A stretch of DNA of 64,000 nt from Candidatus Aminicenantes bacterium. Its GTDB lineage: Bacteria > Acidobacteriota > Aminicenantia > Aminicenantales > CALLJL01. Below, piece after piece: positions 48,185-59,508 of the stretch (position 1 is its first letter; each line of letters begins with the position of its first letter). The position numbers and the translations under genes were made by a program. The DNA is taken from positions 85,806-149,805 of the forward strand of contig JBBIRF010000002.1 in NCBI GenBank assembly GCA_037441905.1. Reading direction: 5' to 3'. The notes under the pieces are model-generated. The model was not told the DNA's origin. It saw nothing but the letters and a program-made list of their open reading frames with translations, and ran no database searches.

Positions 48185-48454
48185 TTAATTTTCCGAAAGG
48201 TTTAGCTTCGCGTTTTTCTGTCTAAAATTTTCCTTGCTTAATTCGGCATCAAAAGCTCGAGGAATTGATGCTCTTATTTCCCAATGGCAATTATAGCGGT
48301 TCTTTTCTAAAAAAGTGGAGAAAGCCATACCTGCTAAGAAGGCAAAAGAAATCGATAAACTTTCGTTTTTGACGAAGTCAGGAATGACGCCATAAATAAA
48401 ATTTTCTTCCCCTTCTTGTCCTGTCCGTTTGGTTTTGAATCTCGGGTCCATCAC
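48185..48454 (-). CDS. Hypothetical small ORF (89 aa) with atypically low GC and AT-rich third positions
   Basis: The frame is open, but its composition differs from neighbouring genes and no family or RBS was recognised. It may be non-coding. Confidence 0.2.
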   Translation of the reverse strand: MMDPRFKTKRTGQEGEENFIYGVIPDFVKNESLSISFAFLAGMAFSTFLEKNRYNCHWEIRASIPRAFDAELSKENFRQKNAKLNLSEN

Positions 48455-48584
48455 CGTGAAATCTTAAGATTATTCAGTAAACTGCCTCCCTTCTTAAAGC
48501 CATGAGGAGATGGCCCTTTCAATTTAGTTTTGGGTTTTGACTTGATTTAAATTAATTTTAAAAATTGAGCTCAGAGAGTTGGCC

Positions 48585-49580
48585 TCAAGCGTGGATTTCG
48601 ACGATGTCGCCTTCCTGGAGAACATGGTCCCGGTTTATCAGCAGTCCCTGAATCGTCTTGCCTCGCCACAGCCGGGCGTACTTGAAATTGTCAGCCAGGT
48701 CTTTATGGATGGCGCGGGCCATGTCGATGACCGAACTTCCTTTCTTCAGCGTGAAGGGCTCGTCAAAATCAGGCTTTTTCCCGGGGGATTTGCTGTAAAC
48801 CCTGATGATTTCGAGAAGACCGTAAACGCGATTCTTTAGCTCCTCCAGCCCGGCGCCGCTCGCGGCCGAGACGGGAAGGAGGGGGAAGTTATTTCTGAGC
48901 AAAAGACGCCAATCTTCGAGAATTTCTTTGCTTCCTTCGACGTCAGCTTTGTTGGCCAGGAGAAGAGTTCTTTTCTTGAAAGGCCGCTCCGGCGGGGCGA
49001 TAGTCTCGCCTTCAGGGACGAACTCGATTTTCTTCTTTTTCATCTGCTCGACGAATGTTTCGAGTCGCGCCGGGTCGTCCGGTTGAGTCAGGTCCAGGCA
49101 AATCAGGACCGCGTCGGCTGTCCGGAGGAGTTCGGGCAAAACTGACGGGATATCATCGTCGAGATAAGGCGGGGTGTCGATAAGTTGAATCTGGATGTTT
49201 TCATACCGCATCATGTAGGGTGCCGGCAGGCGGGTAGTGAACGGGTAGTCGCCGACCTCGGGGTTGGCTCCGGTGAGCGATTTAATTAGCCTTGATTTTC
49301 CGGTGTTGGGCGACCCGACGACGACCACCCGTCCAGCCCCGGATTTTTCCAGATGGGCAATCGGGCTGTGCCGGGCGACAGTCGGCCGGCGCTGCATTTC
49401 CTGCCGGAGTTTGGAAATTTTTGTCTTGAGCAGTGCCTGGAGCTTTTCTGTCCCTTTATGCTTGGGCACGATGGCCAGAAGCTGTTCTAATATCTCCAGT
49501 TTTTCCTGAGGGGTTTTAGCCTCCTTGAGCTTTCTTTCAGTTTCGATGTATTCAGGAGGTAGGTTAGCCGGCATCTCCAA
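48585..49580 (-). CDS. DRG-like Obg-family GTPase with C-terminal TGS domain
   Basis: An N-terminal helix LKTKISKLRQE matches the DRG LKAKLAKLRRE. The G1 motif is VVVVGSPNTGKSRL and G2/G3 are YPFTTR and DTPP. The C-terminus IRVYSK.PGKKPDFDEPF...FKYARLWRGK...GDIVEIHA parallels the DRG TGS domain (RVYTKPKG..PD...FKYA.VWG...D.D.V.I). Confidence 0.65.
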   Translation of the reverse strand: MEMPANLPPEYIETERKLKEAKTPQEKLEILEQLLAIVPKHKGTEKLQALLKTKISKLRQEMQRRPTVARHSPIAHLEKSGAGRVVVVGSPNTGKSRLIKSLTGANPEVGDYPFTTRLPAPYMMRYENIQIQLIDTPPYLDDDIPSVLPELLRTADAVLICLDLTQPDDPARLETFVEQMKKKKIEFVPEGETIAPPERPFKKRTLLLANKADVEGSKEILEDWRLLLRNNFPLLPVSAASGAGLEELKNRVYGLLEIIRVYSKSPGKKPDFDEPFTLKKGSSVIDMARAIHKDLADNFKYARLWRGKTIQGLLINRDHVLQEGDIVEIHA

Positions 49581-49926
49581 TCACCCTAATTATTATAATT
49601 AAGCCAACCTCAGGATAACAACATTCGGTTTCCCTGACCCGGGCCGGTAAAGTCATCTGGACCATTTCAACCTAAGGTTTCAGCGCTCGAGACGGGGGCG
49701 CGGCTTGCTAAACAGGACCCTTAGATAGGCCTGGGTTAGCCGCCTGAAAATAGGCCTCTTAGTCCTGGGTTTTCCGCCAATTTTTGTAAAAAAAAATTTA
49801 ATAATTGAGACAGATTTTTCTTTACTCTCGTCCAATATTTAGATATAATTTTATTTGATTATACAACATATGCCATTCGGGTTGTGTGCCAGACCTGCCC
49901 GCACGACCCGCATTTTTCTCGGATGA

Positions 49927-52314
<2,388 letters not shown>

Positions 52315-52362
52315 GGGGCAAGAAACCCGAGAAATAAGAGAAACCTGCCTTTGAGGTAGACC

Positions 52363-54783
52363 ATGGCCAAAGAGGAAGTGGTTGTCAGCTTAGAAGAAGA
52401 AATGAAGCGGTCCTACCTTGATTACGCCATGAGCGTAATCATCGGCCGGGCTATTCCTGATATCAAGGATGGGCTTAAACCGGTTCATCGCCGCACTCTC
52501 TATGCGATGTATGAAAGCGGCACCACCTGGAACAAGCCCTATAAAAAATCAGCCCGTATCGTCGGCGACGTTATCGGCAAATACCATCCCCACGGAGAAG
52601 CTGCCGTTTACGACGCCTTAGTCCGGATGGCCCAGGATTTTAGCATGCGTTATCCGTTGGTCGACGGCCAGGGCAATTTTGGCTCGATCGACGGCGACCC
52701 GCCGGCAGCCATGCGTTATACCGAAGTGAGGCTGAAGAAGCTGGCCGACGAGTTGATGGCTGACCTGGACAAGGATACGGTTAATTTTGTCCCGAACTAC
52801 GACGGCACCCTGGAGGTCCCCGAGGTTCTGCCGGCCAAATTCCCCAACCTCCTGGTTAACGGCGCCTCTGGAATCGCTGTCGGGATGGCGACCAACATTC
52901 CCCCGCACAACCTGGGAGAGGTCATCGATGGCCTGATTTATCTTATCGAGCATCCGAACGCTACGGTCGAGGAAATCATGCGCTTCATCCCCGGGCCTGA
53001 TTTTCCCACCGGAGGTTATATCTTCGGCCAAAAGGGGCTCGTTGATGCTTACCGCGAGGGAAAAGGGATAATCCATGTGAGAGCGCGGACTCAGATTGAA
53101 CGCGGCGGGAAGAATGAGCGGGAGCGGATTGTCGTCACCGAAATCCCTTATATGGTGAACAAAGCCAAGCTACTCGAGGACGTGGCGGCCCTCGTCAACG
53201 AGAAAAAGATTGAGGGCATCGCCGATATCAGAGATGAATCAGACCGCGAAGGCTTGCGCATCGTGTTTGAGATAAAAAAAGGTGAGCTGCCCGAAGTCGT
53301 CCTGAATAACCTTTATAAGCACACGGCCCTCCAGACTTCCTTCGGAATAATCTTATTGGCTATTGTCGACCGCCAGCCGAAGCTGATGAGCCTCGTGGAG
53401 ATGATGCGCTATTTTATCTCCCACCGCCAGGACGTTGTCCGGCGCCGGACGCGTTTCGAGTTGAAACGAGCCGAGCATCGGGCTCACATTCTCGAAGGCC
53501 TGAATATTTGCCTCGACCACCTCGACGCCATCATTAAGCTTATCCGGACTTCCCGGACAGTGGAGGAAGCTAAACGCGAGTTAATGGGAAGGTTCAAGCT
53601 GACCGACATTCAAGCTCAAGCGATTCTGGAGATGCAGCTGCAAAGGTTGACCCGGCTGGAAAGGGAGAAAATAGTCAGCGAGTATGAAGAGCTGAAGAAA
53701 ACAATCATTCGGCTGCGCAAAATTCTGGGGAGCGATAAACTCATCCAGGAGATTATCATCGATGAGCTCAAGAAAATTAAAGAGGAATACGCCGACGAGC
53801 GCCGGACTGAGATTCGGAAAGAAGAGCTGAGCGATATCCGGCCCGAGGACCTGATAAAAGAAGAGGATGTGGTTATCATTCATACCTCGTCTGGTTATAT
53901 CAAGCGAACGAGCCTGAGCTCTTACCGTTTCCAGAGCCGAGGAGGCAAGGGACGCAAGGGCATCAGCATGAAACCAGAGGATGTTGTCGAGAATCTGTTT
54001 GTCGCTTCGACTCACAGCTATCTGCTTATTTTTACCAACCAGGGCCGTCTGTACTGGTTGAAGGCTCTCGATGTTCCTGATGTGGGGGTGACCGGACGGG
54101 GGAAGTACATCCATAACCTGGTAGATTTTCAGCCGGGGGAGAAGGTTCAATCGGTTGTCTCAGTAAAAGATTTTCCCGAGGACAGGTATGTGGTCATGCT
54201 GAGTACCGATGGCCTGATAAAGAAGACCAGCCTGGCGGCTTTCCGGAATATTCGCCGCGGCGGCATAACCGCCATGAGCCTCCGCAAGGGGAGCGAGCTA
54301 TTTGCCGCTGAGATAACGGACGGCAAGAATGATATTATCATCGGTACCAAAAAAGGGCTGGCGGTGCGTTTTTCGGAAAAAGATATCCGGCCCATGGGAA
54401 GACAGGCTGCCGGGGTGAAAGGGATTTCCCTGCAGAAAAAAGATGAAATCATCGGAATGGTTGTGGTCGGCAAGCAGGATAAATATATCTTTACGGCCAG
54501 TGAGAAAGGGTACGGCAAAAAGACCGAAATCTCGAACTATCCGCGGCACAGACGGGGTGGAAAGGGTGTAATCAATATCAAAGTGAATGATAAAATCGGC
54601 GCAGCGGTCGGCCTCGTCGGCATCGGCGAGGACGAACTCTTGCTGGTTACTCAATACGGGAAGGTCATCAGGTTTAAGACAACCGAGGTGAGGCCGCTCA
54701 GCCGGGCCACCCAGGGTGTGAGGATTATCCATCTCGAAGAGGGTGACCGGGTCTGTTCAGTGGCGAAGGTCCGCGAAGACTGA
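52363..54783 (+). CDS. gyrA: DNA gyrase subunit A
   Basis: The N-terminus [33 protein letters not shown] is present, and the gene carries the active-site Tyr region and C-terminal beta-pinwheel repeats. Confidence 0.95.
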   Translation: MAKEEVVVSLEEEMKRSYLDYAMSVIIGRAIPDIKDGLKPVHRRTLYAMYESGTTWNKPYKKSARIVGDVIGKYHPHGEAAVYDALVRMAQDFSMRYPLVDGQGNFGSIDGDPPAAMRYTEVRLKKLADELMADLDKDTVNFVPNYDGTLEVPEVLPAKFPNLLVNGASGIAVGMATNIPPHNLGEVIDGLIYLIEHPNATVEEIMRFIPGPDFPTGGYIFGQKGLVDAYREGKGIIHVRARTQIERGGKNERERIVVTEIPYMVNKAKLLEDVAALVNEKKIEGIADIRDESDREGLRIVFEIKKGELPEVVLNNLYKHTALQTSFGIILLAIVDRQPKLMSLVEMMRYFISHRQDVVRRRTRFELKRAEHRAHILEGLNICLDHLDAIIKLIRTSRTVEEAKRELMGRFKLTDIQAQAILEMQLQRLTRLEREKIVSEYEELKKTIIRLRKILGSDKLIQEIIIDELKKIKEEYADERRTEIRKEELSDIRPEDLIKEEDVVIIHTSSGYIKRTSLSSYRFQSRGGKGRKGISMKPEDVVENLFVASTHSYLLIFTNQGRLYWLKALDVPDVGVTGRGKYIHNLVDFQPGEKVQSVVSVKDFPEDRYVVMLSTDGLIKKTSLAAFRNIRRGGITAMSLRKGSELFAAEITDGKNDIIIGTKKGLAVRFSEKDIRPMGRQAAGVKGISLQKKDEIIGMVVVGKQDKYIFTASEKGYGKKTEISNYPRHRRGGKGVINIKVNDKIGAAVGLVGIGEDELLLVTQYGKVIRFKTTEVRPLSRATQGVRIIHLEEGDRVCSVAKVRED

Positions 54784-55088
54784 AAAGACCTTAAATATCT
54801 TTAGATATCATAAGCATCATAACGACCTGATTTGCGCTGGAGCTAAAGTTGAAACCAGGTAAGGAGGAAGTGGCGGCCGTTCTTTAGCCGTCAGCCTATA
54901 TTTCCTCAGAATCAGCTCTCGTCATTTCTGGTCTCATGGACCGGGCAGCTCATTTTTTAGCCTGGCCTCAACAAACAAAACTAAAATTTTCCAAATAGAC
55001 TTCAAGCAGCCTTAGACGAAAAAGCCTGTTTTCATCTTAAAAAAAGCTATTTTTCTGATTCATTATTCGGGACCTTATCGCCTTAACC

Positions 55089-55874
55089 TTAATTGACTAT
55101 TGCGGCCGCGATGAGGAGGATGATGCCCTTATTTTCTTCCTCTTTGAAGGTCCCTTCGGCCAATCTTGATATCCCGACAACAGTCCTCTCCCCGGGCTTC
55201 AGGTTGAGGCTGGTTTTGATTAAGGTTTCGGGGTCGGCTTTGACCCAGCCAGCCTCTCTTGTCTTAACATTTATTACCCGAGTTTTTATTTGTCGTAACT
55301 GCAAATTTAACTTTATGCTTCCTTTCTGGGGGTCTTCGGATACTTCGGGTTTTAAGGAAATCTCAAACTGACTGTCTGGTCCGAAGGTGGTCAGGGAGTC
55401 CGCGCGGTCAGTTGTCCTGACCATGGTGGCATCAAACTGCTTATAACCTTTGTACTTGAGGAGCCTCTGGAGTTCCCTAATCAAGGGGTCATTCTTGAGC
55501 TCCGGGTCTGTTCGCTCGTCCGAGTCAGAAGCGATAATTGCCTGGATGGAGAAGACGAGGTCTTTTGGTTTAACATCTATTTTTCTGATGGCTTCGAGAA
55601 TTTTCTCCAGGTTTTCCGGCGTGTCGTGGATGGTCAAAACATTATTAAGCTTAGGATGGTTACTGACCTTGGTTTGGGGGCCATAATAGGGAATCAAAAG
55701 CGCGTGGATAGTCTGGGCGTCCACGTATTTCAGTTTGACTATTTCCTGTTTCAGGGTTTCGGCTCCGTCATTCTCCCAGGCTGGCTGAAACCCGCCGGCA
55801 AGAATGGCTAAGCTCAGAATAAAAAGACAACAAACAAAGCTTCGGAAAACAATTTTAAAAGATTTAATCTTCAT
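55089..55874 (-). CDS. Secreted/membrane-anchored protein with Secretin_N-like (STN/secretin N-terminal short) domain
   Basis: A signal peptide is present. The segment LKYVDAQTIHALLIPYY...KLNNVLTIHDTPENLEKILEAIRKID matches the Secretin_N pattern (v..d.rtNsliv.atpe.le.i..li..LD). The C-terminus has a hydrophobic tail, and the start overlaps the anti-sigma gene. Confidence 0.5.
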   Translation of the reverse strand: MKIKSFKIVFRSFVCCLFILSLAILAGGFQPAWENDGAETLKQEIVKLKYVDAQTIHALLIPYYGPQTKVSNHPKLNNVLTIHDTPENLEKILEAIRKIDVKPKDLVFSIQAIIASDSDERTDPELKNDPLIRELQRLLKYKGYKQFDATMVRTTDRADSLTTFGPDSQFEISLKPEVSEDPQKGSIKLNLQLRQIKTRVINVKTREAGWVKADPETLIKTSLNLKPGERTVVGISRLAEGTFKEEENKGIILLIAAAIVN

Positions 55875-56544
55875 TTTTGCCTCCTTCGAGAGTAAAGTTC
55901 CGGTCGAGAATCCAGATTACCTGAGCCCCTGATTCCGGAAGACTAAAGGCCAGCTCAACCCTGTCCGGAAGAGACAGGGAAAGTTCTTCCGGGCGACCGG
56001 CGTTATTTTCTCCCAACATCCCCTTTTCTTTTATTTCGAAAGCCAGAGAATCTGGCTCTTTTTTGGTTTGCGCTTTTGGCGGTAGTTTTTCGGTTATTTT
56101 CACCCGAGAAATACTTGCCTCTTTTTCAACCTGGCTTACCTGCCGGTTTTCCGCCATCTCCAGCCGGGAGGAGCTTGACCAGAACCGGCTGAAGAAAAAA
56201 TAAGAAAATAGGACCAGCAAAAAGACGGCGAACCAAGCAACTCCCCTGAGAAAATATTTTTTCGCTGGCAAATATTGGTATCCTGTCCAGAGGCTTCTTT
56301 TCGTTGGAAGCTCAGAAATTTTTTCCATGAGTTCGGCCCAGCGAACTCTATCCCATTCCGGTATTTTTTGAGTTTCTTCCTGGTCAGCCTGTCTGAGTAT
56401 CAGCAGAGCCTTTTTGAGGTTGTCGAACTCCGTTCGGCAGTCTAAACAGCTCTCGAGATGCGCTTGGATTCTCAGCCTTTGACGGCGGCCGAGGTCGGCC
56501 GAAACTAAAAGGCTCAGTTTTTTTTGGACTTTTTGGCATCTCAT
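55864..56544 (-). CDS. Anti-sigma factor (zinc-finger type, single TM)
   Basis: An N-terminal Cys/His zinc-finger motif HLESCLDCRTEF is followed by one TM segment. The gene lies directly downstream of the ECF sigma. Confidence 0.65.
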   Translation of the reverse strand: MRCQKVQKKLSLLVSADLGRRQRLRIQAHLESCLDCRTEFDNLKKALLILRQADQEETQKIPEWDRVRWAELMEKISELPTKRSLWTGYQYLPAKKYFLRGVAWFAVFLLVLFSYFFFSRFWSSSSRLEMAENRQVSQVEKEASISRVKITEKLPPKAQTKKEPDSLAFEIKEKGMLGENNAGRPEELSLSLPDRVELAFSLPESGAQVIWILDRNFTLEGGKNED

Positions 56545-56548
56545 TTTT

Positions 56549-57145
56549 TTATCCTTCCGGCCGAACTTTGCCTTCTGGGGGTAAGATGGCTTTTCTGATT
56601 TTTTTTCTCGCGGCAGTAAGGTTAACCCGGACCGAGATGCTGGATGTTCCCAGGACTGAGGCTGTTTCCTTGATGCTCAAGCCTTTCAGGTCTCTCAGAA
56701 CAAAAACCTGTCTTTCCTTTGGGCTCAGAAGGCCGATTACCCGGTTTACGTCAAGTCTTATTTCTGAGCTTAAAAACATGCCGTTGGCGGCGGAGGCCTG
56801 GTGGCAGGGGTGGTCCTTCGCCCCGCCTTGTGTAAGCTTATCGAAGGAAACTATTCCGGATAAATATTTTCTTTCTCTGGACAGCTTTCTCATCCGGCTC
56901 CGGGCGAGGTTTACGGCAATCTGGAAAAGCCAGTTGCGGAAAATCTTCCCCTGATTGAACCGAGGGAGATATTGAAAACATCTGAGAAATGTTTCTTGAG
57001 CGATATCCATTGCTTCGTCCATGTTTCCCGTCAGCCGGTAAGCCAGATGGACGATTGAGTTCCGGTAAGGCAGAACCAGTTGCTCGAAGGCCGAAGTTTC
57101 GCCGTCGAGAGACCTCCGGATGAGCTCTTTTTCTTTCTCATCCAT
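56549..57145 (-). CDS. ECF-family RNA polymerase sigma factor (sigma-70 regions 2 and 4)
   Basis: Region 2 (FEQLVLPYRNSIVHLAYRLTGNMDEAMDIAQETFLR) and a region 4 helix-turn-helix (GLSIKETASVLGTSSISVR) are present. Confidence 0.85.
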   Translation of the reverse strand: MDEKEKELIRRSLDGETSAFEQLVLPYRNSIVHLAYRLTGNMDEAMDIAQETFLRCFQYLPRFNQGKIFRNWLFQIAVNLARSRMRKLSRERKYLSGIVSFDKLTQGGAKDHPCHQASAANGMFLSSEIRLDVNRVIGLLSPKERQVFVLRDLKGLSIKETASVLGTSSISVRVNLTAARKKIRKAILPPEGKVRPEG

Positions 57146-57436
57146 CTAAATAAATATACTCTTGGCTGTCAAAAAATGTTAAGAAAGAAAACCAGCCCCT
57201 CCACTCCCTTCAGGTTATTTTGATTGTTTATTTTCTTATATTACTTCCAGCCATCCTGTTGAATTCTTTTCGCCTCCGGGATAAATTCATTCCGAAATTT
57301 AGTCCTCGAGCGCGCCAGATGGGAATATAATTTCGGGTAGATTTTCTCGTGAGCCAACGGGTCAATTTTCTCTGGATTTTAAACAAGGCAACTCGGCCCC
57401 TTGTTTTAAAGAAATTATGGCAATTAGAATAATATT

Positions 57437-58543
57437 TTGGGGAGAAAAATGACCGATAAAATTATCGTCGATGAAGCAGTGGCTCAAGCGGCGGTCCTCG
57501 GAGGGGCGATTCTTGGCGGCGGGGGTGGAGGTTGGATAGAAGAAGGCCAGAGACTGGCTATGTTTGCCTTAAAAAAAGGTTTCCATGAGGTCTTGTCGCT
57601 CGATGCCTTTCAGCCGGAAGACAAAATTCTAACGGTGTCGGCGGTGGGGGCCCCCTCGGTCGGGTACGAGGTTCTCCAGCCAGATGATTATATCAGCTCT
57701 GTAGAATTTTTCATGGAAAAAACCGGCCAAAAAGTCTCTGGCCTCATGTCAAGCGAGGTTGGTGCCATGGCTGGTGTAAACGGCTGGGTCCAGTCTGCCG
57801 CCCTTGGAATTCCGGTGGTCGACGCCGCCGCCAACGGCCGGGCGCATCCTTTGGCTCTGATGGGGTCGATGGGGCTGCACCGAGGAAAAGGGTTCATTTC
57901 CCGCCAGGCGGCCGTAGGTCGACATCCATCGTCAGGAAAACGGGTCGAAAGATTCTTCGAGGGTTCTATTCAAGAAACATCGCAGGCCGTAAGAAACATG
58001 GCAGCGGAATTAGGGGGGATGGTCGCGGTCGCCCGTCATCCTGTCAAGGTCGATTATATCCGGCAGAATGGAGCCGCAGGCGCCATCGGCCAGGCCATCA
58101 GGTTGGGGCAAGCCTACGCGGCGCCAAGGAGGCCCTTGCCTTTATCAATAATTAAGAACGTCCTGGATAGCTTTGGGGCGGGCACCATCCTGCAGGGGTG
58201 CGTAAAAAGGTGGCAGCTTTCCCGACAGGCCGGGTTTGACGTCGGAAAAATTGTCGTTGAAACCGACGAGGGCCAGGCGGAATTGAGCTTCTGGAATGAA
58301 TACATGACCTTAGAATTAAATAAGCAGCGGCTGGCCACTTTTCCTGACCTTATCATGACATTTGAAGCCGCCTCGGCAGTACCTCTGATTTCGGCCGCGG
58401 TCAAGGAAGAAGCCGAAGTTTTTATCCTGACGGCTCCAGCGGCAAAACTAATTCTTGGGGCCGGGGTAAAAGACCCTGAGCTCTTGGGTCGTATCGAGGC
58501 GGTTATCGGCAAAGATATATTAAATTATTCAGTGGTAAAATAA
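57437..58543 (+). CDS. DUF917-family protein
   Basis: 368 aa; the N-terminus LGGAILGGGGGGW and the overall two-domain layout resemble DUF917 (PF06032). This rests on memory of the family, not a search. Confidence 0.45.
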   Translation: MGRKMTDKIIVDEAVAQAAVLGGAILGGGGGGWIEEGQRLAMFALKKGFHEVLSLDAFQPEDKILTVSAVGAPSVGYEVLQPDDYISSVEFFMEKTGQKVSGLMSSEVGAMAGVNGWVQSAALGIPVVDAAANGRAHPLALMGSMGLHRGKGFISRQAAVGRHPSSGKRVERFFEGSIQETSQAVRNMAAELGGMVAVARHPVKVDYIRQNGAAGAIGQAIRLGQAYAAPRRPLPLSIIKNVLDSFGAGTILQGCVKRWQLSRQAGFDVGKIVVETDEGQAELSFWNEYMTLELNKQRLATFPDLIMTFEAASAVPLISAAVKEEAEVFILTAPAAKLILGAGVKDPELLGRIEAVIGKDILNYSVVK

Positions 58544-58557
58544 TTAATTCGGTAATT

Positions 58558-59244
58558 ATGGCAGCGCAAAAAAAGGTCGGTTTTGTGACCATCGGCCAGT
58601 CCCCGCGGGACGACATCCTGGCCGAGCTTACCCCTCTCCTTCCGGCGGGAGTGGAAATCCTCGAAGCCGGGGCACTTGACGGCCTCGGAAGGAAAGAAAT
58701 CGAGGTTTTAGCCCCCGAGGCGCAGGACTTCCCGCTGATTTCGCGGCTCAGGGACGGCTTTTCCTGCACTGTCGGCCGCCAAAAAATCCTGCCGCGGCTG
58801 ATAGCCAGGGTAAAAGAGCTCGAAATCAGCGGGGCTGATATAATTGCTGTTCTTTGCACTGAAGATTTCCCTGAGCTAAGCTCCAGGAAACATCTTCTTC
58901 TTCCCTTCCGGCTTATGAAATCCGAAGTAGATATAAGGCAAGGAGTAAGAAAAGTCACAGTTGTTGTTCCTCTGAAAGCCCAGGAGAAGGCGGCCAGACA
59001 GAAATGGGCTTTTCCCGGAGCCAGCTTGAAGACAGCCGTCTTAAACCCGTACGCCGGGCCAAAGGAGCAGGAAGCGGAACTAGACGGCTTTCTAAGCCTA
59101 ATTCAGGGCTTTCAACCCGACCGGCTGATTTACGACTGCCTGGGTTTCACGCTTTCCTTTTGCCAGAAAATAAACGAGATTAGTCGGATTCCATTTCTTT
59201 CGCCACGACTCTCCCTGGCTGACAGCCTTAACCAGCTTCTTTAG
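58558..59244 (+). CDS. AroM-family protein
   Basis: The motifs GFVTIGQSPRDD, LDGL, AVLCTEDFPEL and YDCLGF parallel the E. coli AroM motifs (TIG..P, LDGL, LLCTGEFPEL, MDCLGY). It lies 14 nt downstream of the DUF917 gene. Confidence 0.55.
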   Translation: MAAQKKVGFVTIGQSPRDDILAELTPLLPAGVEILEAGALDGLGRKEIEVLAPEAQDFPLISRLRDGFSCTVGRQKILPRLIARVKELEISGADIIAVLCTEDFPELSSRKHLLLPFRLMKSEVDIRQGVRKVTVVVPLKAQEKAARQKWAFPGASLKTAVLNPYAGPKEQEAELDGFLSLIQGFQPDRLIYDCLGFTLSFCQKINEISRIPFLSPRLSLADSLNQLL

Positions 59245-59451
59245 GCTCGCCATGTTGATGCTTGCTCCAAGCCCTCTTCTGGAATAAGCCAGTGCTTTTC
59301 CTTAGATGATTCTTGTCGTTGAATTTTCAATATTTTGAATTTATTAAAGGGGAGGAGGGCCAACTCCAGCAGAGGCCATCTAAAAGTGTAACTTCGGGAA
59401 AATAGCCTTTATATAAGCTTCTTCCCTCCGCAAATATTCAGCTATGTCGCC

Positions 59452-59480
59452 TTGACAAAGGAGGGGAATGATTTTACAAT
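59452..59480 (+). promoter_or_regulatory. Sigma70 promoter of the acyl-CoA synthetase gene
   Basis: A TTGACA at 59452-59457, a 17-nt spacer and a TACAAT at 59475-59480 are followed by a GGAGGAGGGAGG RBS and the ATG at 59509. Confidence 0.5.
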
Positions 59481-59508
59481 GCCGCCGACTCTCGGAGGAG
59501 GGAGGAAA

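Noticed and set aside
59452-59508. TTG or ATG(59479) alternative starts for the acyl-CoA synthetase
   Set aside because: They coincide with the -35 hexamer and the -10 hexamer of a well-formed promoter. The downstream ATG has the strongest RBS in the window.
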